A stretch of 40,984 nt of DNA from a virus. Location: IMG/VR virus record IMGVR_UViG_3300019458_000015, positions 1 through 40,984 of that record. The stretch is one strand, 5' to 3'. Made by a program: the position numbers and the translations under genes. This document shows, piece after piece, positions 23,545-32,832 of this stretch; the stretch's first letter is position 1; each line of letters starts with the position of its first letter. The notes beneath the pieces were generated by a model. That model did not search any database. It was not told the DNA's origin and worked only from the letters and a program-made list of their open reading frames with translations.

Positions 23545-25148
23545 TACTTCAGCCCCAGGCCCTTGGTCGCCGCCTCGGCCTCCTGCTGCGTGTAGGGCTT
23601 CCCTGTCGCCGGGTTCTTCTTGTTGCGCAGGCGCTGGATGACTTCCTGGCGGGTCGGCGGCTTCTCCAGGCCCGGCAGGCCCGGCGGTAGGACAGGGACA
23701 CCTCCACCGCCACGTCGTCGGTCCGGTGCTGTCGCAGCGGGACGTCCACCTGCTGTCGCGCCGGGACTTCCACGGAACTCGCGGGCGAGCTTGAACGCGT
23801 CTTCCCGAGCTGCCTTGGACCGCTTGGCAGCCGCCTCTGCCGCCCTGTAGAAATTGTTCGCGCGGGTGACGTCCTGGTCGTTATACTCGGCGTCGTAGCC
23901 TGCTCTCATCAGGACCTGCTGCATCCCCAGATCGGCCTTCACCTCATCCAGCATGGCCATTAGCTCCAGCTTGGCTGTGTCGTCCAGCACCGAACCCTTC
24001 AGCCGGTTCCGCTCCCAGGCGATGGCTTCGAGAGCGGCCTCGTGGCGCTCGGCCCAGGCTTGCTTCCGCTCAGCCAGGTCCATCCGCCTGTTGAAATTTG
24101 GCTGCTCCCAGTGGCGGTTCGCCGCCTCCAGCCTGTTGAGTTCCGTGCGCCCCTCGTAGTATCTCGTGCGGGCACGCAGCAGGTTGATGCGGTCGGGCCT
24201 GGTCGCACCCAGGTCCGCCGCGCGCTCGCGCTGTGCGTCAAAGCGTGCTTTGGCCCCTGGCAGGGGCTGGCGCATCCAGTCTGGCACTCCGGGCCTGCCG
24301 CCGCCGTAGCTGCCCAGGTCGCCTTCGAGAACGCGCTTTACGGCGTCGAGCCGCGCTCCCATCGGCGGCTCCTGGGCGCGCGGAACCTGGCCCGTCTCAA
24401 GGATCTGCATCAGGGAACGCAGATCCTGATCCGGGAGCTGCACCCCCAGGCGACCGAGCATATCCAGGGCCTGCTCCGGCGTCCCCTCCAGGGCCAGGAA
24501 CTGGGCCACATCCTTCAGTCCGGGGCGGCTTTTCAGCCAGGCCGTCGCTACAGCGGCGCGGTTCCTGCGGTCGAGCAGCGCCAGTTCCCGGCTCTCGCGG
24601 GCGTCCTCATTCGTCTGCAGCCCCTCGAACAGGCTCCCCAGCGCCCGCACTTCGGGGGTCAGCCTGACGCCGCCCCCGGCCAGTCTGGGGACCGGGAACG
24701 GTTGGCGCGGTTGGTCCTTCGGCCCCAGCACGGTAGACCCGTCAAGCAGCCCCAACGTCACCGGAAGCGCCCGCGCGGCGCCGCCTACATACTTCTCGCC
24801 AGCGTTCCTCACCAGGGTCGCCTGGTCCGCTCGCCGGGAGTAGGCATCCTGGACCATCTGGCGAGTCGCCTCACGCTCAGCCTCCTTGCGCCGCTCGGCT
24901 GCCTCATTGCGCCGCTCGGCCGCATACAACTTGTCCTGCTCGAACTTCCGCTCGTCCAGCCCGAACTGCTTCGCCCGCCACTCCTCGGCGCTCTTCTCCG
25001 CCCGCTCGCGGCGAGCCTGCTCCTCGTCGTAGCGCCGCTTCTCCTGGCGCGCCTCGACGCCCTGGATGAGCCCCTGCATCAGGCCCGAGATGGCCCGCTT
25101 CATCGGGTTCTCGTAGGGGCTGTAGCCCCCGACGCCGTGGTAGGGCAT
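23544..25148 (-). CDS. Putative internal virion protein (534 aa).
   Basis: Helical, charged and R/E/A-rich. TAATG/TGATG coupling at both ends. Confidence 0.4.
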   Translation of the reverse strand: MPYHGVGGYSPYENPMKRAISGLMQGLIQGVEARQEKRRYDEEQARRERAEKSAEEWRAKQFGLDERKFEQDKLYAAERRNEAAERRKEAEREATRQMVQDAYSRRADQATLVRNAGEKYVGGAARALPVTLGLLDGSTVLGPKDQPRQPFPVPRLAGGGVRLTPEVRALGSLFEGLQTNEDARESRELALLDRRNRAAVATAWLKSRPGLKDVAQFLALEGTPEQALDMLGRLGVQLPDQDLRSLMQILETGQVPRAQEPPMGARLDAVKRVLEGDLGSYGGGRPGVPDWMRQPLPGAKARFDAQRERAADLGATRPDRINLLRARTRYYEGRTELNRLEAANRHWEQPNFNRRMDLAERKQAWAERHEAALEAIAWERNRLKGSVLDDTAKLELMAMLDEVKADLGMQQVLMRAGYDAEYNDQDVTRANNFYRAAEAAAKRSKAAREDAFKLAREFRGSPGATAGGRPAATAPDRRRGGGGVPVLPPGLPGLEKPPTRQEVIQRLRNKKNPATGKPYTQQEAEAATKGLGLK

Positions 25149-25744
25149 CAGAACTTGATCCCGCGACCGATCCCGAAGCCGATACCAGGGGCCAGGCCGC
25201 CGATGAGGTCGCCAACCCCGAAACTCTGGGCAGCTTCCATCGCCGCAATCTGCTGCTCCAGCTCCTTCCTCCTCATCGCGATCTCGGCTGCGGTTGCACC
25301 CTGGCCTGACATCGACTGCGCCAGTTGGATTGCCGCCTGGCGGTAAGCATCCTGGCGGCGATCCTGCACGTCGTATGCCTGGCTCACCAGTCCTGCTCCA
25401 GCGTTCGCCCGCCCAGCCGCTGCCGTGCCGTAGGCCCCGGCCGCCATGCTGGAGTTGCCCATCCCGGAAGCCGCCATCCGGCGGGCGATGTCCGAGGTGG
25501 CTGCGTTGTAGCCCTGGCCGAGGGCCTCGGTGCGCGGGGCCAGGTAGGCCGAGAACCCCTCGGGCGAGAGTGGCTCGTTCTGCAGCCGCGTCAGGTCCCG
25601 CAGCTCGGCGCGGATCGCCTTGTTGCCGAGTTCGGAGTTCCGGCGGTAGCCGCTGGCGATCCCCGTTGCGCCGCCGTAGGGACGCGCGTTGCCACGTCCG
25701 CCTCCGCCGCCCATCCCCATCCCCATCGGATGCATCGGATACAT
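25148..25744 (-). CDS. Gly/Ala/Met-rich putative internal virion protein (198 aa).
   Basis: N-terminus is MYPMHPMGMGMGGGGG and C-terminus is GGLAPGIGFGIGRGIKF. Position is between the large tail protein and the 534-aa protein. Confidence 0.4.
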   Translation of the reverse strand: MYPMHPMGMGMGGGGGRGNARPYGGATGIASGYRRNSELGNKAIRAELRDLTRLQNEPLSPEGFSAYLAPRTEALGQGYNAATSDIARRMAASGMGNSSMAAGAYGTAAAGRANAGAGLVSQAYDVQDRRQDAYRQAAIQLAQSMSGQGATAAEIAMRRKELEQQIAAMEAAQSFGVGDLIGGLAPGIGFGIGRGIKF

Positions 25745-28158
25745 CAGTAACGCCCGAACCCTTCCAGAACTGCTGTCCTGATCGCGAAAGCCACTTCCTG
25801 TGAGCCGGAGAGCTTCAGGGACGGTGCCCGGCGGGCTGCGTCCGGCGAGATCCGCACTGCCTGGAGGTCAACGGCGCCACTGGCGTCCCGGCCCATCCGC
25901 ACCCGGCGGGTTTCCAGCACGGCACCGTCCTCACCGACCAGCCCTACATCGAACTCTTCGCCCGCAGCGGCGTCCGCGAGTATTGTAGCCTGCTGGGGGA
26001 CCAGCCTCATACCGCCACCCGCGTCGATGGAACGCGTTGTGGCGTGCCAGGCCACTTTGTCCGAGGCGTCCCCGTAGGCGTCGGCACCCGCCGCATCAGT
26101 CCCCAGGAAGTAGACCTGGTTGTCAGTGGCGTCACCGCCCAGGAGCTGGCCGCTGTCGCCGCCACCGCGCCGAAGCCGGATGAAGGAGCGGAATCCCCAA
26201 TTCGTGTAGTAGGTCCAGCCGGGTCGCGCCTTGTTCTCGCCCGGATCCGTCGACCCTCTGACCTGGGTGTCCAGCACCAGGGCCACATTGTTCGCGGTGG
26301 CTCCCGCCGCCGGAAATGAGAGCTGCACCCGCCCCAGGTCGTCGACCTCCATCGCTGCCTGGGACCGGTAAGTCGTAGGGATAGCCCGCAGCGCGTTGTC
26401 CCAGGGCTCGCTGATGACCCAGCTCTGATACTGACCGTCCTCGGTCGCCAGCCGGGGGCTCATCACCCGGACCCCGTCGCGGGCAAAGAAGAAAATGAAG
26501 CCTCCCAGGTCGCATACCGCCCAGCGAGCGTCCAGCCCCACGTTAAGGCGGCGCTTCAGTCGAAATGGGTCGGGATCGCTTGCCAGCCAGCTCGATCCCT
26601 CCAGGGACCAAACAGATTGTTCGCAGAACACGAGCAGGCGACCCTCGTGCGGATAGAGACGCACTCCGATCTCGCCCTGGATGTCGGCCCAGCCTGGGGA
26701 CGCCGGGTCATCCACGTCGGGGATGTATCCGAACTGCTCCGGGAACCCGATCCGGCTGCTGGCCAGGCGCTCGCGGTGCCGGATCGAGCTGACGGTGATG
26801 TCCAGCGCCCACAGGCGACCGCCGTAGGCGGCATAGCTCGTCGCCTTCGGCGGGATCTCTCGCTGTTCCACCAGGCGCACCGAGATGCCGGTTGCGAACC
26901 GGCGGGCCAGCTCCCCGTCATCCATCCGATCGGTGATCGCCACCGAGGCCGCGAAGGCCGCCTCGGCTACGGACAGCGCCCTGGAGAAGGAGCTATCTTC
27001 CCGGAACCGGTAGAGGCGGACCTTGGTGGACCCCGAGGCCCAGCCCGTGGGCAGCGACCCGGTGACCGTGGCCGTAACCCCGGCGAAGATCGTGTCTTCG
27101 TCGATGTCGATGACGGCAACCGACGTCGCCGAGGTCTCCTCCAGATCCACGTCGACCCCATCAATGGTCTCGTAGCGGACGTAGGTGGCGTAGTAGCGGT
27201 AGAACCCGGCGGACATCCGGCAGTGGAGCCTGGCCTGGTCGATTTTCAGGCGGGTAGGAGTGCCATAGGTCGGGTTGTCGCTGCCGATGTAGAGGCAGGC
27301 CCAGCCGAAGCTCAACGTGCGCTCCTCGGGAGCGACCGGGTCCAGGGGGATGAGGACCTGCTCCCAGTTCTTCGTCTCTTGAACCCTGCAGCTCTTCCAC
27401 GCCTTCCAGTCAAGTGCGGAGCTGGGCAGCTCGGTGTCCGCATAGACCCCGAATTTGAAGACCGTCCTCTCCATATTGCTCCTGGCCCACAGTTCGATTG
27501 CCGAGGCCCAGCTCAGGTCCATCCCGCCGCCACGGTCGTGCCAGGCGTAGTCACCCTCGGCACCCTCTGCAGTGGCTTCGAGCTGGAGGTAGCCGTTACC
27601 CTCATAGGGGTAGGGGGTCGTCGAGCCGATACTCGACGTGATCGTCGGCGCAGCGGGGTTGGCATTCACGCTGGTGACCACGGTGCCGCTGTTGAAGCCT
27701 TCCAGAAGCTGCTGGGCCAGCACCAGGGTCAGCCCGGTGGGCGGCGTCGGGGCGACCAGGGTGGAGCCGCTTCCGCTGCCGGTCCACTTCCGCACCGCGT
27801 CGGTTCCGTTGCCGACGTAGACGAGGTCGCCGAACTGGACGAAGTCGGTGTCGCCCGCCACCAACCCGGAAAGGATCGAACTCCAGCCGGGCCCGCTAGT
27901 GTAGCGCCAGACATCCGTCCCGGCCGCCGCCAGGATGGACCGGGTAGCTCCCGACGGGTAGTAGGCCAGACCGCCCCGCATCGGGGCCGCAGCGGGAGCC
28001 GCCGCCAGGCTCTTCTTCCCCCGGCGCACCTTGAGGGAACCACCGTCCAGGTCGACGTTCTGCCCGTCGGAGAGGATGCCGTCGGGCAACTTGGTGGCAG
28101 GCTGGTCCGGGCAGATCCCCAGCCACAGTCCGAAGTGGAACTGGGCCGCCCCTCTCAT
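25744..28158 (-). CDS. Large tail structural protein (804 aa; nozzle / tubular-B-like by size and position).
   Basis: ORF 25744..28404 trimmed to the ATG at 28158, which overlaps the upstream stop (ATGA). Beta-rich sequence. Confidence 0.45.
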   Translation of the reverse strand: MRGAAQFHFGLWLGICPDQPATKLPDGILSDGQNVDLDGGSLKVRRGKKSLAAAPAAAPMRGGLAYYPSGATRSILAAAGTDVWRYTSGPGWSSILSGLVAGDTDFVQFGDLVYVGNGTDAVRKWTGSGSGSTLVAPTPPTGLTLVLAQQLLEGFNSGTVVTSVNANPAAPTITSSIGSTTPYPYEGNGYLQLEATAEGAEGDYAWHDRGGGMDLSWASAIELWARSNMERTVFKFGVYADTELPSSALDWKAWKSCRVQETKNWEQVLIPLDPVAPEERTLSFGWACLYIGSDNPTYGTPTRLKIDQARLHCRMSAGFYRYYATYVRYETIDGVDVDLEETSATSVAVIDIDEDTIFAGVTATVTGSLPTGWASGSTKVRLYRFREDSSFSRALSVAEAAFAASVAITDRMDDGELARRFATGISVRLVEQREIPPKATSYAAYGGRLWALDITVSSIRHRERLASSRIGFPEQFGYIPDVDDPASPGWADIQGEIGVRLYPHEGRLLVFCEQSVWSLEGSSWLASDPDPFRLKRRLNVGLDARWAVCDLGGFIFFFARDGVRVMSPRLATEDGQYQSWVISEPWDNALRAIPTTYRSQAAMEVDDLGRVQLSFPAAGATANNVALVLDTQVRGSTDPGENKARPGWTYYTNWGFRSFIRLRRGGGDSGQLLGGDATDNQVYFLGTDAAGADAYGDASDKVAWHATTRSIDAGGGMRLVPQQATILADAAAGEEFDVGLVGEDGAVLETRRVRMGRDASGAVDLQAVRISPDAARRAPSLKLSGSQEVAFAIRTAVLEGFGRY

Positions 28159-28499
28159 CCCAGCCTCGGGTGGAAGAAGGCTCGCTCTGGCGGCCCGGTG
28201 GGGAACGTCACTTCCTGGGCTGCCGGAGTGGTGCCTCGAATGCGGAGCAGGTATTCGCCAGGAAAGGTCAGGAACGGCGTCAAGAAGTCGGCGGCGATCC
28301 AGGTCCGTGACACCTCGCCATCGACAGCGGAGGTGATCGTTAGCGCGAAGACGTAGGTTGTCCCCGCCGTCAGGTGCTTCAGGACCAGAACGATGCTGGT
28401 CCACCCGGTCAGATTGATCGGCTCGCCGTCGGCCTTCAAGATCGCCCGGAAGGTCGGCTGCAGGTCCTGCAGGACCATCTCGAAGACATAGCTGGTCAT
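28155..28499 (-). CDS. Small beta-sandwich (Ig-like / BppU-N-like) tail protein (114 aa).
   Basis: ADGEPINLTGWTSIVLVLKH...DGEVSRTWIAADFLT...PGEYLLRIR...VTFP resembles N-terminal Ig-like tail-fibre domains. Confidence 0.4.
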   Translation of the reverse strand: MTSYVFEMVLQDLQPTFRAILKADGEPINLTGWTSIVLVLKHLTAGTTYVFALTITSAVDGEVSRTWIAADFLTPFLTFPGEYLLRIRGTTPAAQEVTFPTGPPERAFFHPRLG

Positions 28500-29116
28500 T
28501 AGCAGATCACCACCAGGGAGTATACCGTGGCCACGCCCTCAAGCGAGAACTGCTCCGACGTGACTTCGATGCTGCCGTCACACACCTCCATCGTTGGCGG
28601 CAGTAGCGCGTAGCCGTGGACGAGCGGCAAGATCGGCGGCAAGATGACGGGCGGCGGCAGTGAGAGCGGCGCATAGTAGGTCGTGACCAGCGGAACCACG
28701 ACGGCCGGGACAACAGGCGGCGGGCCGGTCCAGATCGGAGTGTAGATCGCTGGAACGTGCTGGAAGACCGGCGGCAGCGCCAGAGGCTGGTAGTAGCCGG
28801 AAACCGGCGGAACGATGACGACCGGGACGACCGGCGGCGGACCTGTCCACAGGGGAACGTAGGCAGGGTTCGGCGGCGGGTCCGGTGGAAGCGAGAGCGG
28901 CTGGTAGTAGCTGGAAACCGGCGGCACCACCACGGGCGGCACCACCATTGCCAGAACGCCGAACTGGAGGGTGTAATCGCAGCAGCTCTGTGCGGGCCAC
29001 GGATGAGGCTGGGAGAGCGGCTGGTAATACTTGTCGGGGAGGACGACGACCGGCGGCGACGGCGTGGTGAACGGGCAATGGAAGCGGCCCTGGTATTGGA
29101 ATTGGAAAGGCCCCAC
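28499..29116 (-). CDS. Proline-rich tandem-repeat protein (205 aa).
   Basis: GTG start. Four repeats of PPVV..P...YY(Q/A)PL(S/A)LPP, with (V/T)P(L/I)WTG between repeats. Confidence 0.6.
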   Translation of the reverse strand: MGPFQFQYQGRFHCPFTTPSPPVVVLPDKYYQPLSQPHPWPAQSCCDYTLQFGVLAMVVPPVVVPPVSSYYQPLSLPPDPPPNPAYVPLWTGPPPVVPVVIVPPVSGYYQPLALPPVFQHVPAIYTPIWTGPPPVVPAVVVPLVTTYYAPLSLPPPVILPPILPLVHGYALLPPTMEVCDGSIEVTSEQFSLEGVATVYSLVVIC

Positions 29117-29117
29117 G

Positions 29118-29381
29118 TCACCACGCCCTGTTCAATCGCTCCCAATTACGTTCGACCTGCGCCATCCACCGCTCGGTAGGCACGCAGTTCTCGACACACT
29201 CCTTCTTGCCGCAAGTCACCGCCGCGCAGTTGCCGCACCAACTCCGCAGCTTGCCGCTGCCGGTCCGGATCTCGAAGTGCCCGCCACAGTGCGGACACTG
29301 CTTCGTGTCGCTGTAGAGTTCTCGGCCCCCGTCCGTGTAGCGGATGATGTGGCCATCCGGGCGCCTGGCTCCGTGCTCCAC
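29118..29381 (-). CDS. Cys-rich zinc-ribbon-like protein (87 aa).
   Basis: ORF 29118..29504 trimmed to the GTG at 29381, which overlaps the upstream TAG. Contains CPHCGG, CGNC and C..C..C. Confidence 0.4.
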   Translation of the reverse strand: MEHGARRPDGHIIRYTDGGRELYSDTKQCPHCGGHFEIRTGSGKLRSWCGNCAAVTCGKKECVENCVPTERWMAQVERNWERLNRAW

Positions 29382-29839
29382 TATTCCCGGAACAAGATCG
29401 TCCCGCGCAGGATCAACGCGGTGGTCGCGTTGTCGAGCCGGAACCCGATCCCTTCGTTCGCGGCCATCACAGAGACCAGCTCCGAGCCGTAGTAGGCCAC
29501 CCACCGAGTCTGGGTCCGAAGGTTGGCGTTGAACTCCAGCAGCACCTTGCCGGAGACGTAGGATGTCGGCTCGGCAGTATGGGCGTTCTTCGTGATGGTG
29601 AGAGCGGGCGGGTCGGTAGGGTCCAGCGGCGCAGGCGTGACACTGGTCCCAGTCCCATCGTTAGTCGACGCGTATCGCTGAAGCTGGGCTCGCCAGGCGT
29701 AGTCGTTAGGAGACTCCGAGTTCCCGATCACCACATCGTAGATGATGGGCCTGATGTCTGCCTTTGCCGTGAGGGTGGCGCCGCTCTTCGCGCTGGTTCC
29801 GGACGCCGTCAAGACCGGGATAGAGTAGTTCTTGGCCAT
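29381..29839 (-). CDS. Hypothetical beta-rich virion protein (152 aa).
   Basis: Complete ORF in the tail module. Confidence 0.55.
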   Translation of the reverse strand: MAKNYSIPVLTASGTSAKSGATLTAKADIRPIIYDVVIGNSESPNDYAWRAQLQRYASTNDGTGTSVTPAPLDPTDPPALTITKNAHTAEPTSYVSGKVLLEFNANLRTQTRWVAYYGSELVSVMAANEGIGFRLDNATTALILRGTILFRE

Positions 29840-29848
29840 CGTTTGCCT

Positions 29849-31111
29849 CTAGTAAGCTATGACGGGGATCACCGCAGCGTGCGGCTGCGAGAGGCCCGCC
29901 CAGTATTTGTCCGGAGTGGTCACGCCCCCAAACCCGAAGACGCAGAGCTGCGTTGCCGCCGCGTCGTTGGTCGACCACGTAACTGTAACCCCTCCGGGGT
30001 CCAATGTCGTATGATCGGCCTCGGCCTGCACGGTTGGAGGTTCATTGTTGCTCTTGACGTAAACCTTCGTGGTCGACGAGATGGCGTCGGTAGTGCTGTC
30101 CGCCTGGGCGTCGTCGTCGTTGGTGGCGCCGCTCTCCTCACGAGTGCCGTCCGAAGCGCCGAACCCGAGCCGGTTGTCGTCGGTGGTCGCCGCGATCACG
30201 GCTTCCTGCCAACTGGCGATCCCGTAGACGACCGGCGAGAAGCTCAATCCCGAGATTAAGGTCTGGTCGACCGGGGCGCCCCCCGTGCTCTTGTTGACGC
30301 TGCCGCAGACGGCGTTCTTCAGCGCGATGCAGAGCGAGAACCGGTGATTGGCGGTAGAAGGCGCCGTGGTGAGGTTCAGGGTGAACCCGTCCGCATCCAG
30401 CGAGACCCGGTTGCTCCGCTCCGTGACGGAGCCGGTGTTGCTGATGTCGAGGGTGTGACCATCGGTGATCTGGCGCCGCGCCGTGTTGGTGGTGGCCTGA
30501 TTGTCCTGGGAGTTCAGAGCAATGGACCACTCACCACTGCCGGTCATGGCGCCAAGGAACTGACGGATACCGGCCGTGGTCGACGGGGGGCCGGTATTCG
30601 ACGCGCCCACGCCCATCGAGAACACGAACGTCGGGGCCACGCCTGCCCCGGTCTTCGAATGGTTGCCGGTAGAGGTAGGCGACTGCCAGTTGATCAGCCC
30701 GGCGCTGATGTCGGCGCCGCCGAGCGCGATGTAGTGAATGATGGTGGCATTGGCATCGTTCGTTGTCCACGAGAGGGTCCACCCGTCGCTGTCGAAGCTC
30801 GTCAGGTCACATTCAGCGACCAAAGCCCCCGCCGCCGACAGGATGGTCAGGGCCTTCGAGGCGATCCGCTTGTTGCAAACCGAGCTGGCCTGGGCGTCCT
30901 GGCTGGCCATCGCCATCGACCGGAACGCCGAGGAAGAGACGGCCCAGCCCAGCGCCCATTGCAGATCGGCGGCAAAACTCCCGTTACTGGTCCGCCCTTC
31001 GGTCCACATGATGAGGACCTTCGGCGTGAACCCGACGCCGGTGACGGCCTGGCTGGCGGGAGCGCCGCCGGTGGATTTGGCGAACTGGCCTACGCGGCCG
31101 AGCAGCGCCAA
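29849..31111 (-). CDS. Structural protein built from three tandem domains of about 135 aa (putative fibre / receptor-binding).
   Basis: TTG start. The repeat openers are GQFAKSTGGAPASQAVTGVGFTPKV, WQSPTSTGNHSKTGAGVAPTFV and GSVNKSTGGAPVDQTLISGLSFSPVV. Each unit ends in a D(S/A/P)(D/G)G(W/F/V)T(L/V).(W/L)(T/S)T-type motif. Confidence 0.5.
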   Translation of the reverse strand: MALLGRVGQFAKSTGGAPASQAVTGVGFTPKVLIMWTEGRTSNGSFAADLQWALGWAVSSSAFRSMAMASQDAQASSVCNKRIASKALTILSAAGALVAECDLTSFDSDGWTLSWTTNDANATIIHYIALGGADISAGLINWQSPTSTGNHSKTGAGVAPTFVFSMGVGASNTGPPSTTAGIRQFLGAMTGSGEWSIALNSQDNQATTNTARRQITDGHTLDISNTGSVTERSNRVSLDADGFTLNLTTAPSTANHRFSLCIALKNAVCGSVNKSTGGAPVDQTLISGLSFSPVVYGIASWQEAVIAATTDDNRLGFGASDGTREESGATNDDDAQADSTTDAISSTTKVYVKSNNEPPTVQAEADHTTLDPGGVTVTWSTNDAAATQLCVFGFGGVTTPDKYWAGLSQPHAAVIPVIAY

Positions 31112-31459
31112 TCAATTGCTTCTGAAGGCGTTCAGCGCCTTCTGCGCCGCGGCAAATTGCCGGAGCGCCGTCACCGCGGCAGCCGTGGTGGACGCTGCCT
31201 CGATAGCCGTCAGCGCGTTGGTGACTGCCGTCCGCAGTGCCAGGGCCTTGGCCCGCACCCGCACCGGGTCAACGTCGGCGTCGTCGATCTCCTGGGCGGT
31301 AGCGTTCCGGATCACGCCATCCGCCTGGACCACCTGGTAGCCCGCGATAGACGTGCCGTCAGGGATCGGGTGAGCGATCTGCCCCGGCTGGAGCGGGTAG
31401 TTCTGCTCGATAGTCGTGCAGATGCAGACCCGGTTGGCGGTGAGGATTGCGAAGGCCAT
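31112..31459 (-). CDS. Hypothetical protein (115 aa).
   Basis: Complete ORF with a TGATG overlap upstream. Confidence 0.55.
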   Translation of the reverse strand: MAFAILTANRVCICTTIEQNYPLQPGQIAHPIPDGTSIAGYQVVQADGVIRNATAQEIDDADVDPVRVRAKALALRTAVTNALTAIEAASTTAAAVTALRQFAAAQKALNAFRSN

Positions 31460-31752
31460 CAGGCCCCCAGCGGCGGCGTTTCCGGCTCGTCTTCGACCGG
31501 AGCCTCCGCCCTGTCGTGGGTGTAGATGAGGCGCAGCGTCCGCCCATCGCCCAGATGGACGGTGTCCTTGAGATACTTCCCTGACGGGTTGCTCTTCGGG
31601 TGGTAGGGCGGACCGAACTTCTCCTCGATCATCTGCCCGATCTGGCGATTGAGGTCGTCGGCGTCCGGAATGCGCTTCGCCCTCTTCAGGAGCGCCTCGC
31701 CCCGCTTGAGGATGCTGCGCCAGGGCTCAGGGATGAAATCTTGCCAGCCCAT
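31459..31752 (-). CDS. Hypothetical protein (97 aa).
   Basis: ORF 31459..31902 trimmed to the ATG at 31752, which overlaps the upstream TGA. Confidence 0.5.
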   Translation of the reverse strand: MGWQDFIPEPWRSILKRGEALLKRAKRIPDADDLNRQIGQMIEEKFGPPYHPKSNPSGKYLKDTVHLGDGRTLRLIYTHDRAEAPVEDEPETPPLGA

Positions 31753-32111
31753 CACTCGTCTCCCAGCGGCGCCACTTCCGGCTCCGGCTCGGTCTTCTCG
31801 GCGGTCTTCGTGACCGAGGCGCTGGTCACGTGGGTTTCGGCGAAATGCTCCTTGAGCGCCGAGTGGCTCGCCGCCTCGTGCTCGCAGCCGGGGAACGGAC
31901 AACGCTGCTTCGCCCGCGACACAGGGGCGGTTCTGCCGCGCGGAGCATGGGCCACGAACCCGTGCGGAATGCCCAGGCGGGCCAGCTTCAGCGACACGTG
32001 TTCTGCCACCTCGGCCGGGAGCACCACGCCTTCTTCGACCATGATCTCGGCGCCGTCGTAGTTGATTGCGCGGGGAGTTTCGATGCTCTCGACCAGGATC
32101 ATCCCATTCAT
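31752..32111 (-). CDS. Protein with a classical C2H2 zinc-finger spacing (119 aa).
   Basis: ORF 31752..32168 trimmed to the ATG at 32111. CPFPGCEHEAASHSALKEHFAETH fits C-x4-C-x12-H-x4-H. Confidence 0.5.
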   Translation of the reverse strand: MNGMILVESIETPRAINYDGAEIMVEEGVVLPAEVAEHVSLKLARLGIPHGFVAHAPRGRTAPVSRAKQRCPFPGCEHEAASHSALKEHFAETHVTSASVTKTAEKTEPEPEVAPLGDE

Positions 32112-32121
32112 AGTGTCGCCC

Positions 32122-32832
32122 CTACGTCCACATATCTGCCGGGTCGACCGCGATCCGCTGGCTGCCACCGGCGCGGGCCCGCTCGATGATGAGCTTCAGC
32201 TCGTCGGCCTGGCGCTCGCTCTCCGCCAACCAGTGCTGGACACGGACGGCGTCGGCCCGGCCGAAGGACTGCTCTCTCAACGCCATATAGTAGCAGATCC
32301 GGGGCAGCAGACGGTCGTGCTCGGCCTCGGAGAAGTAGGGGCGGGCCGTCCCGTCCGTGATGACACTCGGGTAGACGTAGGCGTTCAGCGCCACGCCGCT
32401 TGCCACGGCCTGGTCGGAGCCGGGGAACATCGCCAGCACCCGACCGGCGGCAGTGGAGAGCCCTTCGGTCACCCAGGCATAGAGCGGCTGCCCGTTCTGG
32501 CCGTCCCGGATGCTGCCCAGGTCCTGGCGGGCGTAGGTCTCCTCGCTGAAGTCGACGTAGGTCCACCGGCCGTCGTAGAGGATCTCCACGGTCTGCCGGA
32601 TCACCTGGATCACTTCCTCGCCCAAGGTCACCAGCGACAACCCGCTGCTTCCCAGCGGCAGCGTGTAGGTCTTGGGGTCGCGGTAGAGCCTGCACCTGGC
32701 TGCCAGCCAGCGATGCCCCCGGTTGAACATCCGGTCCATCACGGACGACGGATAGCTCGGGTCCTCGCGGTCGCCTGGGAGGCCGAACTCCTCCAGGGAT
32801 GCCCGGCGGAAGTCTTCTACGGTCACAGCCAC
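32122..32832 (-). CDS. Hypothetical head-tail connector-sized protein (236 aa).
   Basis: Complete ORF (GTG start) between the capsid and tail genes. The functional suggestion rests on position only. Confidence 0.4.
   Translation of the reverse strand: MAVTVEDFRRASLEEFGLPGDREDPSYPSSVMDRMFNRGHRWLAARCRLYRDPKTYTLPLGSSGLSLVTLGEEVIQVIRQTVEILYDGRWTYVDFSEETYARQDLGSIRDGQNGQPLYAWVTEGLSTAAGRVLAMFPGSDQAVASGVALNAYVYPSVITDGTARPYFSEAEHDRLLPRICYYMALREQSFGRADAVRVQHWLAESERQADELKLIIERARAGGSQRIAVDPADMWT

Noticed and set aside
29849-31111. A diversity-generating retroelement targeting the repeat-containing fibre-like gene.
   Set aside because: There is no reverse transcriptase gene. There is also no nearby nucleotide-level template/variable repeat pair. 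The repeats are diverged protein domains.
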